64,000 bases of DNA from the IMG/VR virus record IMGVR_UViG_3300007609_001696, positions 19,267 through 83,266 of that record, one strand, 5' to 3'. Below are positions 43,680 to 53,108 of the stretch, one piece after another (position 1 is the stretch's first letter; every line of letters begins with the position of its first letter). The position numbers were made by a program, and so were the translations under genes. The notes under the pieces are model-generated. The model made no database searches. It was given only the letters and a program-made list of their open reading frames with translations, and was not told the origin of the DNA. This DNA comes from a virus.

Positions 43680-45827
43680 TTAGGCAATATCCAAGCCAAA
43701 ATTCTGCAGAGTCGGAATGTGTAGAGGTGTAAATTCCTCAGAAAATTCACTTGCCCAAACAGCAAAGTCGTCTCTGCCCATGGAGTTGGCCATGTCCACA
43801 TACACTTGAGCTTGACTCTGCGTAGGAGTAGCACCAATGAGGTTTTCATACAGTGTGTCAACAGTGTCTTCTACAGTGTAATCGCCAATGTAATCTAATG
43901 CGGCGCCGGCCACCATCTCATCACTCCACCCTTGCTGATACAAATCCAAACCAATGCTCACAATGTTTGGATCACGCAGTGTTTCAACTCCAAGTGTTGC
44001 AGTCACCACACTGGCCAAACTGCCCAAGTTGTCTGAATAACTGATGTTGGCCACACCGTCGTCTACTGTAAACTCGTTGTTCCACACAGCAAATTCTATT
44101 CCGTTGGCAACTTGGTCAGCGGTTTTTTGCTTGTTTTCTGCACTTTCGCTGAAATGATACAATAAATGGGCTCTGGTAAACCCAGGCGTATTTTCCAAGT
44201 CATTTAGCCACCATGCAAAGCCTTCTGCATCCGGGTCACGTCCAAGCACATTGTTGTACAGGGCTGTGATGTATTGTTCGTTTGAAGAATCGGCACCATA
44301 GGTGTTGGCGAATTCTGCGCTTTGTAAAAAGCTGTTGGCTGTGCCCAGCAGGTTCAGTTTACCAGTGTCCAGCATATTGATCCAATAGCCCAAACCTTCG
44401 GCATCCGGAGTTCGGTCAAATGCAGCACTGTACAATCTATAGGCCTGTCCTGCGTTACCTTCAACGTCAAATGCAATGCTACGGTCTTCAAGATACAAAC
44501 GATCTCTGCTGAACATGGTGTCGTTTTCGTACACCATCATGTACTCGCCGTAGTTTCCGCCAGGTGTTGGGTGGTCCCTGTAGATTTTTTCTTGCCAGAT
44601 TGCTTCTGCTGATCCGTCATTGTCAATGTCTGCCCAGTGCAAACTTGGTTCTTGCCAATCTTCTAAGTCAGCAATTTTTAACAATTCTTTATTAACAGGT
44701 GAAAAGTTGCCCTGGCGGTCGTTGAGCCACACGCTTTCGTTGATGCTCTCATTTTCAATGCCATACGTCTCAACATAAAAATCGTCAAAGCCATCGTTGT
44801 TGAAGTCTAAAAGTCCCAGCCCGTTGTTGCCTACGCCATCATTGAAAATTGGAATAGATTTTTCTTCGTCAAGCTGAAAAGTTCCGTTTGCTTTTTGAAG
44901 GTAGACTCCCAAAGATAAGTCGCCTGCATTTTCAATGAATTCAGCTTCAAGCACAGCAAGAAAATCTTCCATGCCGTCGCCGTTTATATCACTTCCGTGA
45001 ATTTCGATAGATCCAAATTGACTATGGATTCCTGAGGCATGTGGTTTTTCCACTTGTTGAACAATCTCGTATACGCCATTAGCATCTTTTTGATAAATGT
45101 CTATGTTGTTGATAGATTCTATTTGATCGTTTCTATGAATATAGTTTCCGGCTACTATAGTAGGGTCTCCACTGTTTTCTAAAAAACCTATACCCGAATA
45201 GCTGTATTGTAAATCTGAAAGCCTAAATGTTGAAGTGTCTGGCCTAAATTCTGGAGAGACAAGCTTTTCTGATGCATAGGTAAATTGTCCCTGACCGTTG
45301 TTTAAGTAAATATCTAGATGCTCAAATGCCGCAACAACAAGGTCTAAATCTCCGTCACCGTCAACATCGCCCGAATCTCCGATGTGATTAAAACTACCCG
45401 AGCCGTTTCGATTTGGCGTGCCTACAATTAATGAGCTTGTATCAATAGGACCACCGGCAGAACCTTGCACATACTTGATATTGCTTCCAAAAAAGAAATC
45501 CGAGTCTCTATTGTTCCCCTCTAGCCCTTGATCTAGTAAAATACTGTCGCTATAACCATCTGTATTAAAGTCGCCGTCCACACTAAATCGCATATATTCG
45601 GTGGTAAATGGCAGTGCTTTGGGCGTATAGCTATTTCCGTTATTTTCCCAGTATACTGATTGCATTAGTGGCGTTTGAATAAAATTACTAGGATGAGAAA
45701 TGATATCAATATCCCCATCAGCATCATAATCGCCAAAACTTAAATTTGGCTTGCCCATTGGATACAATCCAGGTACTGCATTTGCGTCGTCATAATACAC
45801 AGGGCTTTGTGATGTTTTGTTCAGCAT
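43680..45827 (-). CDS. FG-GAP/VCBS repeat protein with a DUF4214-like domain
   Basis: Multiple D.D.DG..D repeats; YRLY.AAFDRTPD.EGL.YW, LYNNVLGRDPD, FSESAE. Confidence 0.8.
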   Translation of the reverse strand: MLNKTSQSPVYYDDANAVPGLYPMGKPNLSFGDYDADGDIDIISHPSNFIQTPLMQSVYWENNGNSYTPKALPFTTEYMRFSVDGDFNTDGYSDSILLDQGLEGNNRDSDFFFGSNIKYVQGSAGGPIDTSSLIVGTPNRNGSGSFNHIGDSGDVDGDGDLDLVVAAFEHLDIYLNNGQGQFTYASEKLVSPEFRPDTSTFRLSDLQYSYSGIGFLENSGDPTIVAGNYIHRNDQIESINNIDIYQKDANGVYEIVQQVEKPHASGIHSQFGSIEIHGSDINGDGMEDFLAVLEAEFIENAGDLSLGVYLQKANGTFQLDEEKSIPIFNDGVGNNGLGLLDFNNDGFDDFYVETYGIENESINESVWLNDRQGNFSPVNKELLKIADLEDWQEPSLHWADIDNDGSAEAIWQEKIYRDHPTPGGNYGEYMMVYENDTMFSRDRLYLEDRSIAFDVEGNAGQAYRLYSAAFDRTPDAEGLGYWINMLDTGKLNLLGTANSFLQSAEFANTYGADSSNEQYITALYNNVLGRDPDAEGFAWWLNDLENTPGFTRAHLLYHFSESAENKQKTADQVANGIEFAVWNNEFTVDDGVANISYSDNLGSLASVVTATLGVETLRDPNIVSIGLDLYQQGWSDEMVAGAALDYIGDYTVEDTVDTLYENLIGATPTQSQAQVYVDMANSMGRDDFAVWASEFSEEFTPLHIPTLQNFGLDIA

Positions 45828-45828
45828 G

Positions 45829-46428
45829 TTAAATTCCTGTGATCATACTATAAATTTCGCACCAATTATCAACACGTTTGATGTTATACTCTGCAACATC
45901 AAACTTTGCATTGTGATGATGATTTACCAAAATTGAATTCAAGCCTAGCTCAGTACCTACTACTGCATTTTCAGGTTTATCTTCTACCCAGTAGCATTCT
46001 GTGCCAGCGTATTCAGCAAGTGCATCGTCTTTGTCTGCTCCGGTGTCCAAGTATACATACTTTTCAAAAATGGTTGGACCAAACATTTCAATCAAGTTTT
46101 TAGTTCGCAAATACTGTGAATATGGATCATTACTCAAACTGGTGATTGCATGAAATACAAAACCGTGTTCTTCTTGCAGTTTCTTAACGTATTTGATAGC
46201 ATCACGAAGTGGGGGCAACCGACGGATCCAAGCACTTTCGTTGAACATACGAATCAGTCGCTTAGACTCACCTTTTTCAATACCGTATTTTTTGCTCATC
46301 AAGTATTCACCGTCACCGGCAACAACAGCATAATCGTGTCGTTTCATCCACTGGTCAAAGGCGTACTCCCAGTCAAAGAGACACCCATCCACGTCTGTTA
46401 GAATCAACTTATCTTTTCTGTACCTCAT
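45829..46428 (-). CDS. HAD-family 5'(3')-deoxyribonucleotidase-like protein
   Basis: DVDG, ITS, WVEDK..N; start MRYRK. Confidence 0.8.
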   Translation of the reverse strand: MRYRKDKLILTDVDGCLFDWEYAFDQWMKRHDYAVVAGDGEYLMSKKYGIEKGESKRLIRMFNESAWIRRLPPLRDAIKYVKKLQEEHGFVFHAITSLSNDPYSQYLRTKNLIEMFGPTIFEKYVYLDTGADKDDALAEYAGTECYWVEDKPENAVVGTELGLNSILVNHHHNAKFDVAEYNIKRVDNWCEIYSMITGI

Positions 46429-46465
46429 AGTACCCCAATCTAGTAAAACATCGATAAATAAAAAT

Positions 46466-47117
46466 ATGTTCAAACAAAATAAATATTCACAGGTTTATTA
46501 TAGCATTATTAACCGAGCAAAGTCAAGAGATATTTCAGGTTATTATGAAAAGCATCACGTAATTCCTAGATCACTGGGAGGTGCTGATGACGAAACTAAT
46601 CTAGTTAAATTAACAGCCAGAGAGCATTTTATTTGCCATTTGCTTTTACCTAAAATGCTAGAAGGAGAATCCTATCATAAAATGCTTTATGCATATGTTA
46701 TCATGTCTGGAAGAAAAATCTACGGGTCTAGAAAATATGCTTTTTATAGAGAAGAATATTCAAAAATTGCAAGTAAAACTGGTGCACTAAATCCTATGTG
46801 GGGCGTAGATCGGTCAGGAGAAAAAAAATACATTTTACGGTATGAAACACACCGAAGAAACTAAACGCAAAATAAGCAAATCAAAAAAAGGTCAAGGTAA
46901 AGGAGTACCAAAAGGACCGATGTCTAATGAAACAAAACAAAAATTGTCCGAATCAAGAAGGAAAAATTCTGTAAAGTATTCTTTTATGCACCCAGAACAT
47001 GGAAAATTCGTAGGCTCAACCGGCGATCTTGGAAGATCTTATGATATACGAACCTCTGAAGTTTATAAATTAGTTAAAGGATACTACAAAACTTATAAAG
47101 GTTGGCAGTTAATTTAA
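46466..47117 (+). CDS. HNH/NUMOD3 homing endonuclease, frameshifted at an A8 run (46821-46828)
   Basis: EKHHVIPRSLGG..NLVKLTAREHFICH; removing one A joins GEKNTFYGMKHTEETKRKIS. Confidence 0.8.
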
Positions 47118-47135
47118 TATTACGTTGTCCTTCAT
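47109..47135 (-). pseudogene. 8-aa stub of the original 5' end of the nucleotidase gene
   Basis: MKDNVILN* vs KDKLILTD; ATGA-coupled to the upstream gene. Confidence 0.55.
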
Positions 47136-47308
47136 GCATTTTCCTTTTGTTCTGCCAGTTCTTTCAGTTTTAACAACAAAGAATTGATCTCGCGAATAGT
47201 TGGTTTAAACTCGTCGTTTTCAAAATAATCACTCAATCGCCATTCAACTTCACGCTCGAGCATACTTTGAATTTCTTCGATGCTTTCTTGCACAGTATCA
47301 TTAATCAT
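47132..47308 (-). CDS. Hypothetical protein (58 aa)
   Basis: Manual ORF MINDTVQESIEEI; GGAGG RBS; TAATG coupling. Confidence 0.65.
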   Translation of the reverse strand: MINDTVQESIEEIQSMLEREVEWRLSDYFENDEFKPTIREINSLLLKLKELAEQKENA

Positions 47309-47574
47309 TACTCTGCCTCCTTGGGTGCAAACAACCTGCTCATGTTCTCGTACACTATATTGTACGCATTCAACTCATAACTGTAAATGTAGTAAAACTC
47401 GTCGTCACTTTCAAACAGTGGAGCATCAGTGTGTGTGCTGGCCACATATTCATCATAAAAGCGGCTCATACTCAACATGCCTTCTAGTGCGTCACCGCGA
47501 CCACGAGCCGTAATCAACTTGATTGCCTCTTCGTAGCTTAGAGCATTTACATAAGCTTCTGGAATACGGAACAT
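47308..47574 (-). CDS. Early hypothetical protein
   Basis: GAGG RBS; sigma70 promoter TTGACA(47635-47630)-16-TATTAT. Confidence 0.7.
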   Translation of the reverse strand: MFRIPEAYVNALSYEEAIKLITARGRGDALEGMLSMSRFYDEYVASTHTDAPLFESDDEFYYIYSYELNAYNIVYENMSRLFAPKEAE

Positions 47575-47773
47575 ATTTTCTACCTCTCTAACTAACCCTA
47601 CACACTAATAATAACACATGCAGGAAAGATGTCAAGAGAAAATTAGAATTTTTTAATTAATTAGATCTATTTGCTTAACACAACTGAATTGCATGGTGTA
47701 AAACTCGTGTAGAGTGCGGATCTGCTAGGCTTGCATATCCTCTTCTACCACAATGCGTTGTCCTGCTTTTTGT

Positions 47774-48640
47774 TTATTTTGATCGGAATTCTAACACCAG
47801 GTGACTTCCTGATCTAAAAATACATTGTTTACTTTGCGCAACAAATCGATCATAAACTTGATCATTTATTTCTCTAACATGTTCAGGCATATGAATTGGT
47901 ATTGGGTGATAGTTCATGTGATTGCAAATTATTACCCTTCCGTTGAATTCTGTACAGATTTTGGTCCACAAACTGTCTATTTGCTTTTCAGTAAAATGTT
48001 CAATTGCTTCACAGAATATAATGGTATCAAATTCTTGTATATTGATGTGGTCACATATATTTTCTATAGACTCTATAATAGGAGTAACATTTATTGTATT
48101 ATTAAAAAATATTTTAGAAGTAATATCAAATAGTTCTTGACAGTAGTTGCCGCTATCAAATGATACTACATCGGCTCCACAATATTTTAAAGCATGTGCA
48201 AGCGATCCTCTTCCGCCTGCTACGTCTAATACTTTTCTAGGGATTCTAGTCTTTTTTTCTAAAATCCAGTCGCACTGGTTTTTTATTTTGTAATTGTGAT
48301 CTTCTTGTTGCCCAAACCAATCACATTGATCACTGAACATATAATCCCAATCCCATAATTCTTTGTTGGTTATCTCTTTAACTACTAATGGATCTATTCC
48401 GTCGAAGTCTTTCTTGACAAATTTTTCCCAAGAAGGCCAACTGCCGCCTCGGAGAAGATTATAATGACCTTCTATAGAATATATTTCTGGAAATTGTTCT
48501 ACAATGTCTTTCCAATATAATCCGTAAGCGTAAGCAAGTGACGGCAACTCGTCGACAAATCTTAGACATGATTTTTTCCAAGATTTTACGCCATCTCCGC
48601 CAGCTGTATCGTGTAAATTTAAAATATGTTCTTCTATCAT
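47774..48640 (-). CDS. Class I SAM-dependent methyltransferase
   Basis: VLDVAGGRG, FD.I...EAIEH. Confidence 0.8.
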   Translation of the reverse strand: MIEEHILNLHDTAGGDGVKSWKKSCLRFVDELPSLAYAYGLYWKDIVEQFPEIYSIEGHYNLLRGGSWPSWEKFVKKDFDGIDPLVVKEITNKELWDWDYMFSDQCDWFGQQEDHNYKIKNQCDWILEKKTRIPRKVLDVAGGRGSLAHALKYCGADVVSFDSGNYCQELFDITSKIFFNNTINVTPIIESIENICDHINIQEFDTIIFCEAIEHFTEKQIDSLWTKICTEFNGRVIICNHMNYHPIPIHMPEHVREINDQVYDRFVAQSKQCIFRSGSHLVLEFRSK

Positions 48641-48692
48641 GCTGTTTTTTTAACCTTAGCAATGTATTTTAGCCTATTCTTTTTATTTATAG

Positions 48693-49253
48693 TTACAAGT
48701 TGGTAATATAATATTCGTAGTGGTTGTCCAGTGTCCAATTTTCTGTGTCAACTGGCGTACCGTTGTGTGTTGTAAATTTGTCTATTGTGTCGAAGCACAA
48801 TCGATAGCGTTTCCAAAAATCAATCAAATCCGGTGTATCGCTGGCCCAGCCTTTTTCTCGCAACAAATCATCGCTGTCCTTGCTAAGTTTACAAGTAGGC
48901 GCATTGCATGCTTCATAAGATGTTATACGCCCTAGTAACAACAAGTCACGCAATCTACTAGCAGGAATCATGTGTTCAAAGATACCATTACCTTCGATGC
49001 CTACTTCCACATAGTGAGCACCAATATTTTCCTTGATACAATATTGATGATATCTGCGTAGTGCGTTATCCACATCGTCACGAATAAGACGACTAGTTTG
49101 TTCATCATTTCGAGTGGTATTGTACAATTCTACAAGTCGTTCTAAGTTAGCAGTAACGTACCTAGCAGTTGCTAGATACGTTTCGTTACTGCGTTGAACT
49201 CTTGAGTACTTAGGGGTTCTGAACCCCTCTAAACGTTCAACTAGTGTGGACAT
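48693..49253 (-). CDS. Possible HNH-like nuclease (EHxxP)
   Basis: FEHMIP; TAATG-coupled to the ParB-like gene. Confidence 0.45.
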   Translation of the reverse strand: MSTLVERLEGFRTPKYSRVQRSNETYLATARYVTANLERLVELYNTTRNDEQTSRLIRDDVDNALRRYHQYCIKENIGAHYVEVGIEGNGIFEHMIPASRLRDLLLLGRITSYEACNAPTCKLSKDSDDLLREKGWASDTPDLIDFWKRYRLCFDTIDKFTTHNGTPVDTENWTLDNHYEYYITNL

Positions 49254-50323
49254 TATGCCGCTACCTTACGTGGAAACAGTCCCGGTACAGGGTTTGTTGC
49301 TAGTTGCATTTGGCTGCCAATGCCGTGGAACGGGAGATTTAGTTTACCGCCATTTAACATGTACAGCTCTCGAATAAAGTTGCTCATCATGTTAGGAGCG
49401 TCCCAGCCACGACCTGGACTAATATGCTCCACTTGTAGTTTGGCTTTGTCTTTGTACAAACTGGTTTGTTTCATGGTTGTACTGCGAGGATAAGTTTCTG
49501 CACACTTTTCTAGAACTCTAGTCATCCACTCTGCTGGCAGTTCTTGGCGCACATCCAGTCGTGCAATTTCATACAAACCAATAAACAAATCTTGGCTAAC
49601 TTCTTCGTCCATTGGGTATGCTAAGGTGATAGCAGACAAGATGTCTTTTAGTGTACGACCACTTTTGTCAATGTCAATGCCTTTTTGAGCATACTTAAAG
49701 TGACTAAAGAAGTGTTTACTCGATCCACGAAGGTTATCACTTTTGCGAGTTGCTTTGTCTTCTAGGTCAACATCACAAGCATCGAACTGATCTTGTAGTG
49801 TCTTAGCATCCCTGACTTCAATTTCTGTAGCACCTAATTTGTAACGAGTGAGGCGATTGCGATGTATGTCGCCTGGGCCTAACTTTTTAGTGCTCATGTT
49901 ACACTCTTCGAAGGCATAACTTGGAAAACTTTCGTCGTCTGTTTCGTTGATGATAATTGGAATCTCTGTGAACCCAAGCACACCAGTTGCTACAATACGA
50001 TGTTGTCCGTCGTATACATAGATTGGATTGTTGTGATCGTATTTGACTGTGCAAGCGCTTGCTGGACTGCAAATTTGCGGATTGTAACGCTTCACAATGC
50101 TGAGAATGTGCTTGAGATTAACGTCACGTTGTACTGTGTAGTCAATTTCCAATTCACTGATTGGTACCAAGTGGCTACCGATTGGAAAGTCTTTTTTGCT
50201 GTTGTCTACTCGACGACGTTCGGCGTCAATTTTGTCTTGTCCGAAACCGTGTTCTGCGGCAAGTTCTTGTTTGACTTCTGCAATAACGTCAGAAAGTCGG
50301 CGTGTTTCACGAGTTGCTCTCAT
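49253..50323 (-). CDS. ParB/Srx-like N-terminal domain protein
   Basis: IDYTVQR, VYDGQHR. Confidence 0.7.
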   Translation of the reverse strand: MRATRETRRLSDVIAEVKQELAAEHGFGQDKIDAERRRVDNSKKDFPIGSHLVPISELEIDYTVQRDVNLKHILSIVKRYNPQICSPASACTVKYDHNNPIYVYDGQHRIVATGVLGFTEIPIIINETDDESFPSYAFEECNMSTKKLGPGDIHRNRLTRYKLGATEIEVRDAKTLQDQFDACDVDLEDKATRKSDNLRGSSKHFFSHFKYAQKGIDIDKSGRTLKDILSAITLAYPMDEEVSQDLFIGLYEIARLDVRQELPAEWMTRVLEKCAETYPRSTTMKQTSLYKDKAKLQVEHISPGRGWDAPNMMSNFIRELYMLNGGKLNLPFHGIGSQMQLATNPVPGLFPRKVAA

Positions 50324-50417
50324 GTTTGTCTCCTTTTAAGGGCATTGCCCATACTAAAGTGCTCGAAGTACCATACTTCTCGCTACAGTTATTAGTTTAA
50401 CAGAATATAGATTTCTG

Positions 50418-51116
50418 TCAACCTAATTTTTTAATATAATTCAATCGTGTGTATGCTGTGCCGTTCAAATAGCGAATGTCTGCAACACGACCTTTGATGT
50501 CTGTTGGCACATTGAGTTCAAAAGTCCAGTCTTTGTCGTGTCCTACATAACACGTCACTGGGTACTCATCATCCAACAATCCATAAAAACAATCGTATCC
50601 GTAGTCCTTGTTTGTGCGCCGATGTAGCCACACTGCACTACCTTCGATTTTCCGATCCTTTACAAGCTGTGTACGCCCGTACACGCGGCTTTCTAATCTC
50701 TCTTGCTCAATATAGTCCCTGTAAAGTTTTGGCATAATAAGAGCCATTGAGTATTCGCTTTTGCGTTTTACTTCAGCGCCTTCGAGGATACGATACACTG
50801 CTCGTTCAAAGTCGCCAAGTGTGTTGGCAATACTTTTTAACAGCATTTTACCGGTGAGTGTTTCGAGCACTTGTTCAGCAGTAGAACGATCTTCTTCTGT
50901 GATTTCAACTCGAGGAACACGTCGAAATTTTTCGCCTGCGGCATCCATTTGTTTGACAGTACGGTCATAGTCGCTGTGGTACTGATCAAAACGTTTCTTG
51001 TTGAAGTTGTAAAGATAGGTTTTCCAATTGCTGGCTTCGTAGTAGGCGTTGTCTTTGCGATACCCGCCCAGCACACGATCAATTGCTACACTTTGCGCAA
51101 GTAGTTCCATGTCCAT
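50418..51116 (-). CDS. Hypothetical protein (possible C-terminal OB fold)
   Basis: IKGRV...TRLNYIK; AAGGAG RBS. Confidence 0.65.
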   Translation of the reverse strand: MDMELLAQSVAIDRVLGGYRKDNAYYEASNWKTYLYNFNKKRFDQYHSDYDRTVKQMDAAGEKFRRVPRVEITEEDRSTAEQVLETLTGKMLLKSIANTLGDFERAVYRILEGAEVKRKSEYSMALIMPKLYRDYIEQERLESRVYGRTQLVKDRKIEGSAVWLHRRTNKDYGYDCFYGLLDDEYPVTCYVGHDKDWTFELNVPTDIKGRVADIRYLNGTAYTRLNYIKKLG

Positions 51117-51126
51117 GTTCTACTCC

Positions 51127-51465
51127 TTACAAGTAAGCCGGCCCAGTCCAATCGACCTTGTAGCCACCGTCTAGGATATTGCCACGAGCCTTGTTGCGAG
51201 CAGGAGCATTGTAGCCTGCCGCCATTAGGATGTCGCCTTTGCGGAACTTGGCATCGTTGTCTACGTTGACAACAAAGCCCCAACAACTGCCATCGCGGAT
51301 GATTTTGATGTACTTTTTGCCTGGTTTGACTTCGAGTGTATCATCAAAATTTTGAACAGTTTCTTTGAAGTAGTCGCTCATTTCTTCGCCTTTGCTAGCA
51401 CGAACAGCAAAGTCGACGTATTGAAGCTTGATGGTTTGAAGCAATGTTTCGATTTGCTTTTGCAT
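51127..51465 (-). CDS. Early phage protein
   Basis: GKKYIKI...GDILMAAGY.APA.NKARGNI; sigma70 promoter 51499-51526. Confidence 0.7.
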   Translation of the reverse strand: MQKQIETLLQTIKLQYVDFAVRASKGEEMSDYFKETVQNFDDTLEVKPGKKYIKIIRDGSCWGFVVNVDNDAKFRKGDILMAAGYNAPARNKARGNILDGGYKVDWTGPAYL

Positions 51466-51535
51466 TTTCTCTAACCTCTTTGTTAACCCTACATTGTTAG
51501 TATAAGAGATACAGACAAAATGTCAACCAAAAAAG

Positions 51536-52459
51536 CTAAGAAATTTGACCTAATTCTACTAGTGTGGCACTAAGATTGATTTCTTGATCGCTCACCAGCG
51601 GTATATTTCTCAGTCCTTTGGCAATAATGAGAATTGCTTGATCCTGTCCTTCTTCTGTGCTGCTAAACAAAGCCAGATTGTCGTACATCCAACGAAACAC
51701 ATCATCAACTTCTGCAGGGTTCACTTGGCTACATATCAGCTTTCTTGCTTCGCGAATTTGGCCTGCTTTGAACAATTCGACCATTTGCAGTTTGTAATCA
51801 GCACTGCTGTCACTGTCACTGGCAGTGATAAGTTTGCTGTCTACACAGTTTAACTGTAGGTTGTTGATGCACTTGCGCAAATCAGGATAGGTTGCTTTTA
51901 CATACGTGTCCAGTGTGTCCAGTTCAAACTCAATGTTTTCGTTTACTAGAATAGTGGCCACTCGAGCGGTAAACTCTGTGTGATCAATCTTTTCAATATG
52001 CATGCTCTGACAACGACTGTGTAGCGCAGGAATAATTTTGTTAGGATAATTGCAAGTAAGGATAAATCTCACACTGTGTGCATACTCTTCCATCAAGTTG
52101 CGCAGTGCCGGCTGAACACTCTGTGGATTCAAGTAATCGGCCTCGTCCAACACAACAATCTTAAAATCACCAAATGGCATGGTTTGGCAAAAACCAGTGA
52201 GTTTGTCGTTGAGCCATTCAATCTTACGACCTTCTTTACTAGCATTTGCAATCAGCACATCACTGTCCTGCACATCCAGTTGATTAATAAGAATTTTTGC
52301 CAGTGTAGTCTTGCCAATGCCTGCGTTGCCGCTGAACAATAGATGTGGAATAGTGCCTTGGGAAATCCAGTTTTCTACTTGTGCACGTTGGTTGCTGTCT
52401 ACAAAAACATAGTCGTCTACAGTTCTTGGGCGATACTTTTCAGTCCAGAGTTGTTTCAT
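51536..52459 (-). CDS. Clamp loader ATPase subunit (RFC-small / T4 gp44-like)
   Basis: WTEKYRP, GNAGIGKT, DEAD, SRC. Confidence 0.92.
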   Translation of the reverse strand: MKQLWTEKYRPRTVDDYVFVDSNQRAQVENWISQGTIPHLLFSGNAGIGKTTLAKILINQLDVQDSDVLIANASKEGRKIEWLNDKLTGFCQTMPFGDFKIVVLDEADYLNPQSVQPALRNLMEEYAHSVRFILTCNYPNKIIPALHSRCQSMHIEKIDHTEFTARVATILVNENIEFELDTLDTYVKATYPDLRKCINNLQLNCVDSKLITASDSDSSADYKLQMVELFKAGQIREARKLICSQVNPAEVDDVFRWMYDNLALFSSTEEGQDQAILIIAKGLRNIPLVSDQEINLSATLVELGQIS

Positions 52460-52677
52460 TATTCACCTAGGTGTGTTTGTGATAAAATTATTTGTCGGCG
52501 AGCAACAGCGGCTTGGATAATTTCTCTACGACGCTGTTGCATTTCTGGCTCTTGTTGTTCCTGTTCAAATTGCTGCATAGCGTTTTGTTGTTGTTTTTGC
52601 TGTTGTTGTTCGTCAATTATATTGCTTTGGGCAACAATTGTAAAAAGGCTTGCAATTACACTAAGTGCTTCTGGCAT
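52459..52677 (-). CDS. Gln-rich small protein
   Basis: TAATG-coupled on both sides; QQQQKQQQ. Confidence 0.55.
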   Translation of the reverse strand: MPEALSVIASLFTIVAQSNIIDEQQQQKQQQNAMQQFEQEQQEPEMQQRRREIIQAAVARRQIILSQTHLGE

Positions 52678-53108
52678 TAGTTTGCTCCAAAATCCTCAGG
52701 ACGAGCTTGTGCTGTATCTCCTGCGCCTTCGAATTGCCCAAACAGTGTGTCCTGTGGTTCCTTTTCGCCGGTCCAAGTTGCTAAAATTTTTCCTGGATCT
52801 GCTTTCCAAAGTTCAACAGTGTTTTCTCCGTCAAACATACGCCAACTGCGAGTCCAACGACCATGTTCAATGAGAATCCATTCTCCTACACTAACATCAG
52901 TTTGTTCAGGGCCAACAGAATGTACTTTGCCCCAGCGTGGCTTGATACCAGTGTCTTTGCCATCGTCACTAACAAGAACGATTCCGCCACTAGTTTTACG
53001 CATGCCAAAATTCATACCTTCAACAATAATATCATTGCCGATTGCACGAATCTTGCCTTCTACTGTCTGCATACTCTTGGCATTATTTTTTAGTGCTTCT
53101 AAGCTCAT
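52677..53108 (-). CDS. groES: Co-chaperonin GroES-like
   Basis: KTSGGIVL mobile loop, G.V.SVGP, V.VGE.I. Confidence 0.75.
   Translation of the reverse strand: MSLEALKNNAKSMQTVEGKIRAIGNDIIVEGMNFGMRKTSGGIVLVSDDGKDTGIKPRWGKVHSVGPEQTDVSVGEWILIEHGRWTRSWRMFDGENTVELWKADPGKILATWTGEKEPQDTLFGQFEGAGDTAQARPEDFGAN

Noticed and set aside
31774-47770. Possible TAG reassignment (in-frame TAG in relics at 31825 and about 47726)
   Set aside because: TAG ends intact genes at natural C-termini (clamp loader, 54839 gene) and long genes are uninterrupted in code 11. The relics are better explained as decay.
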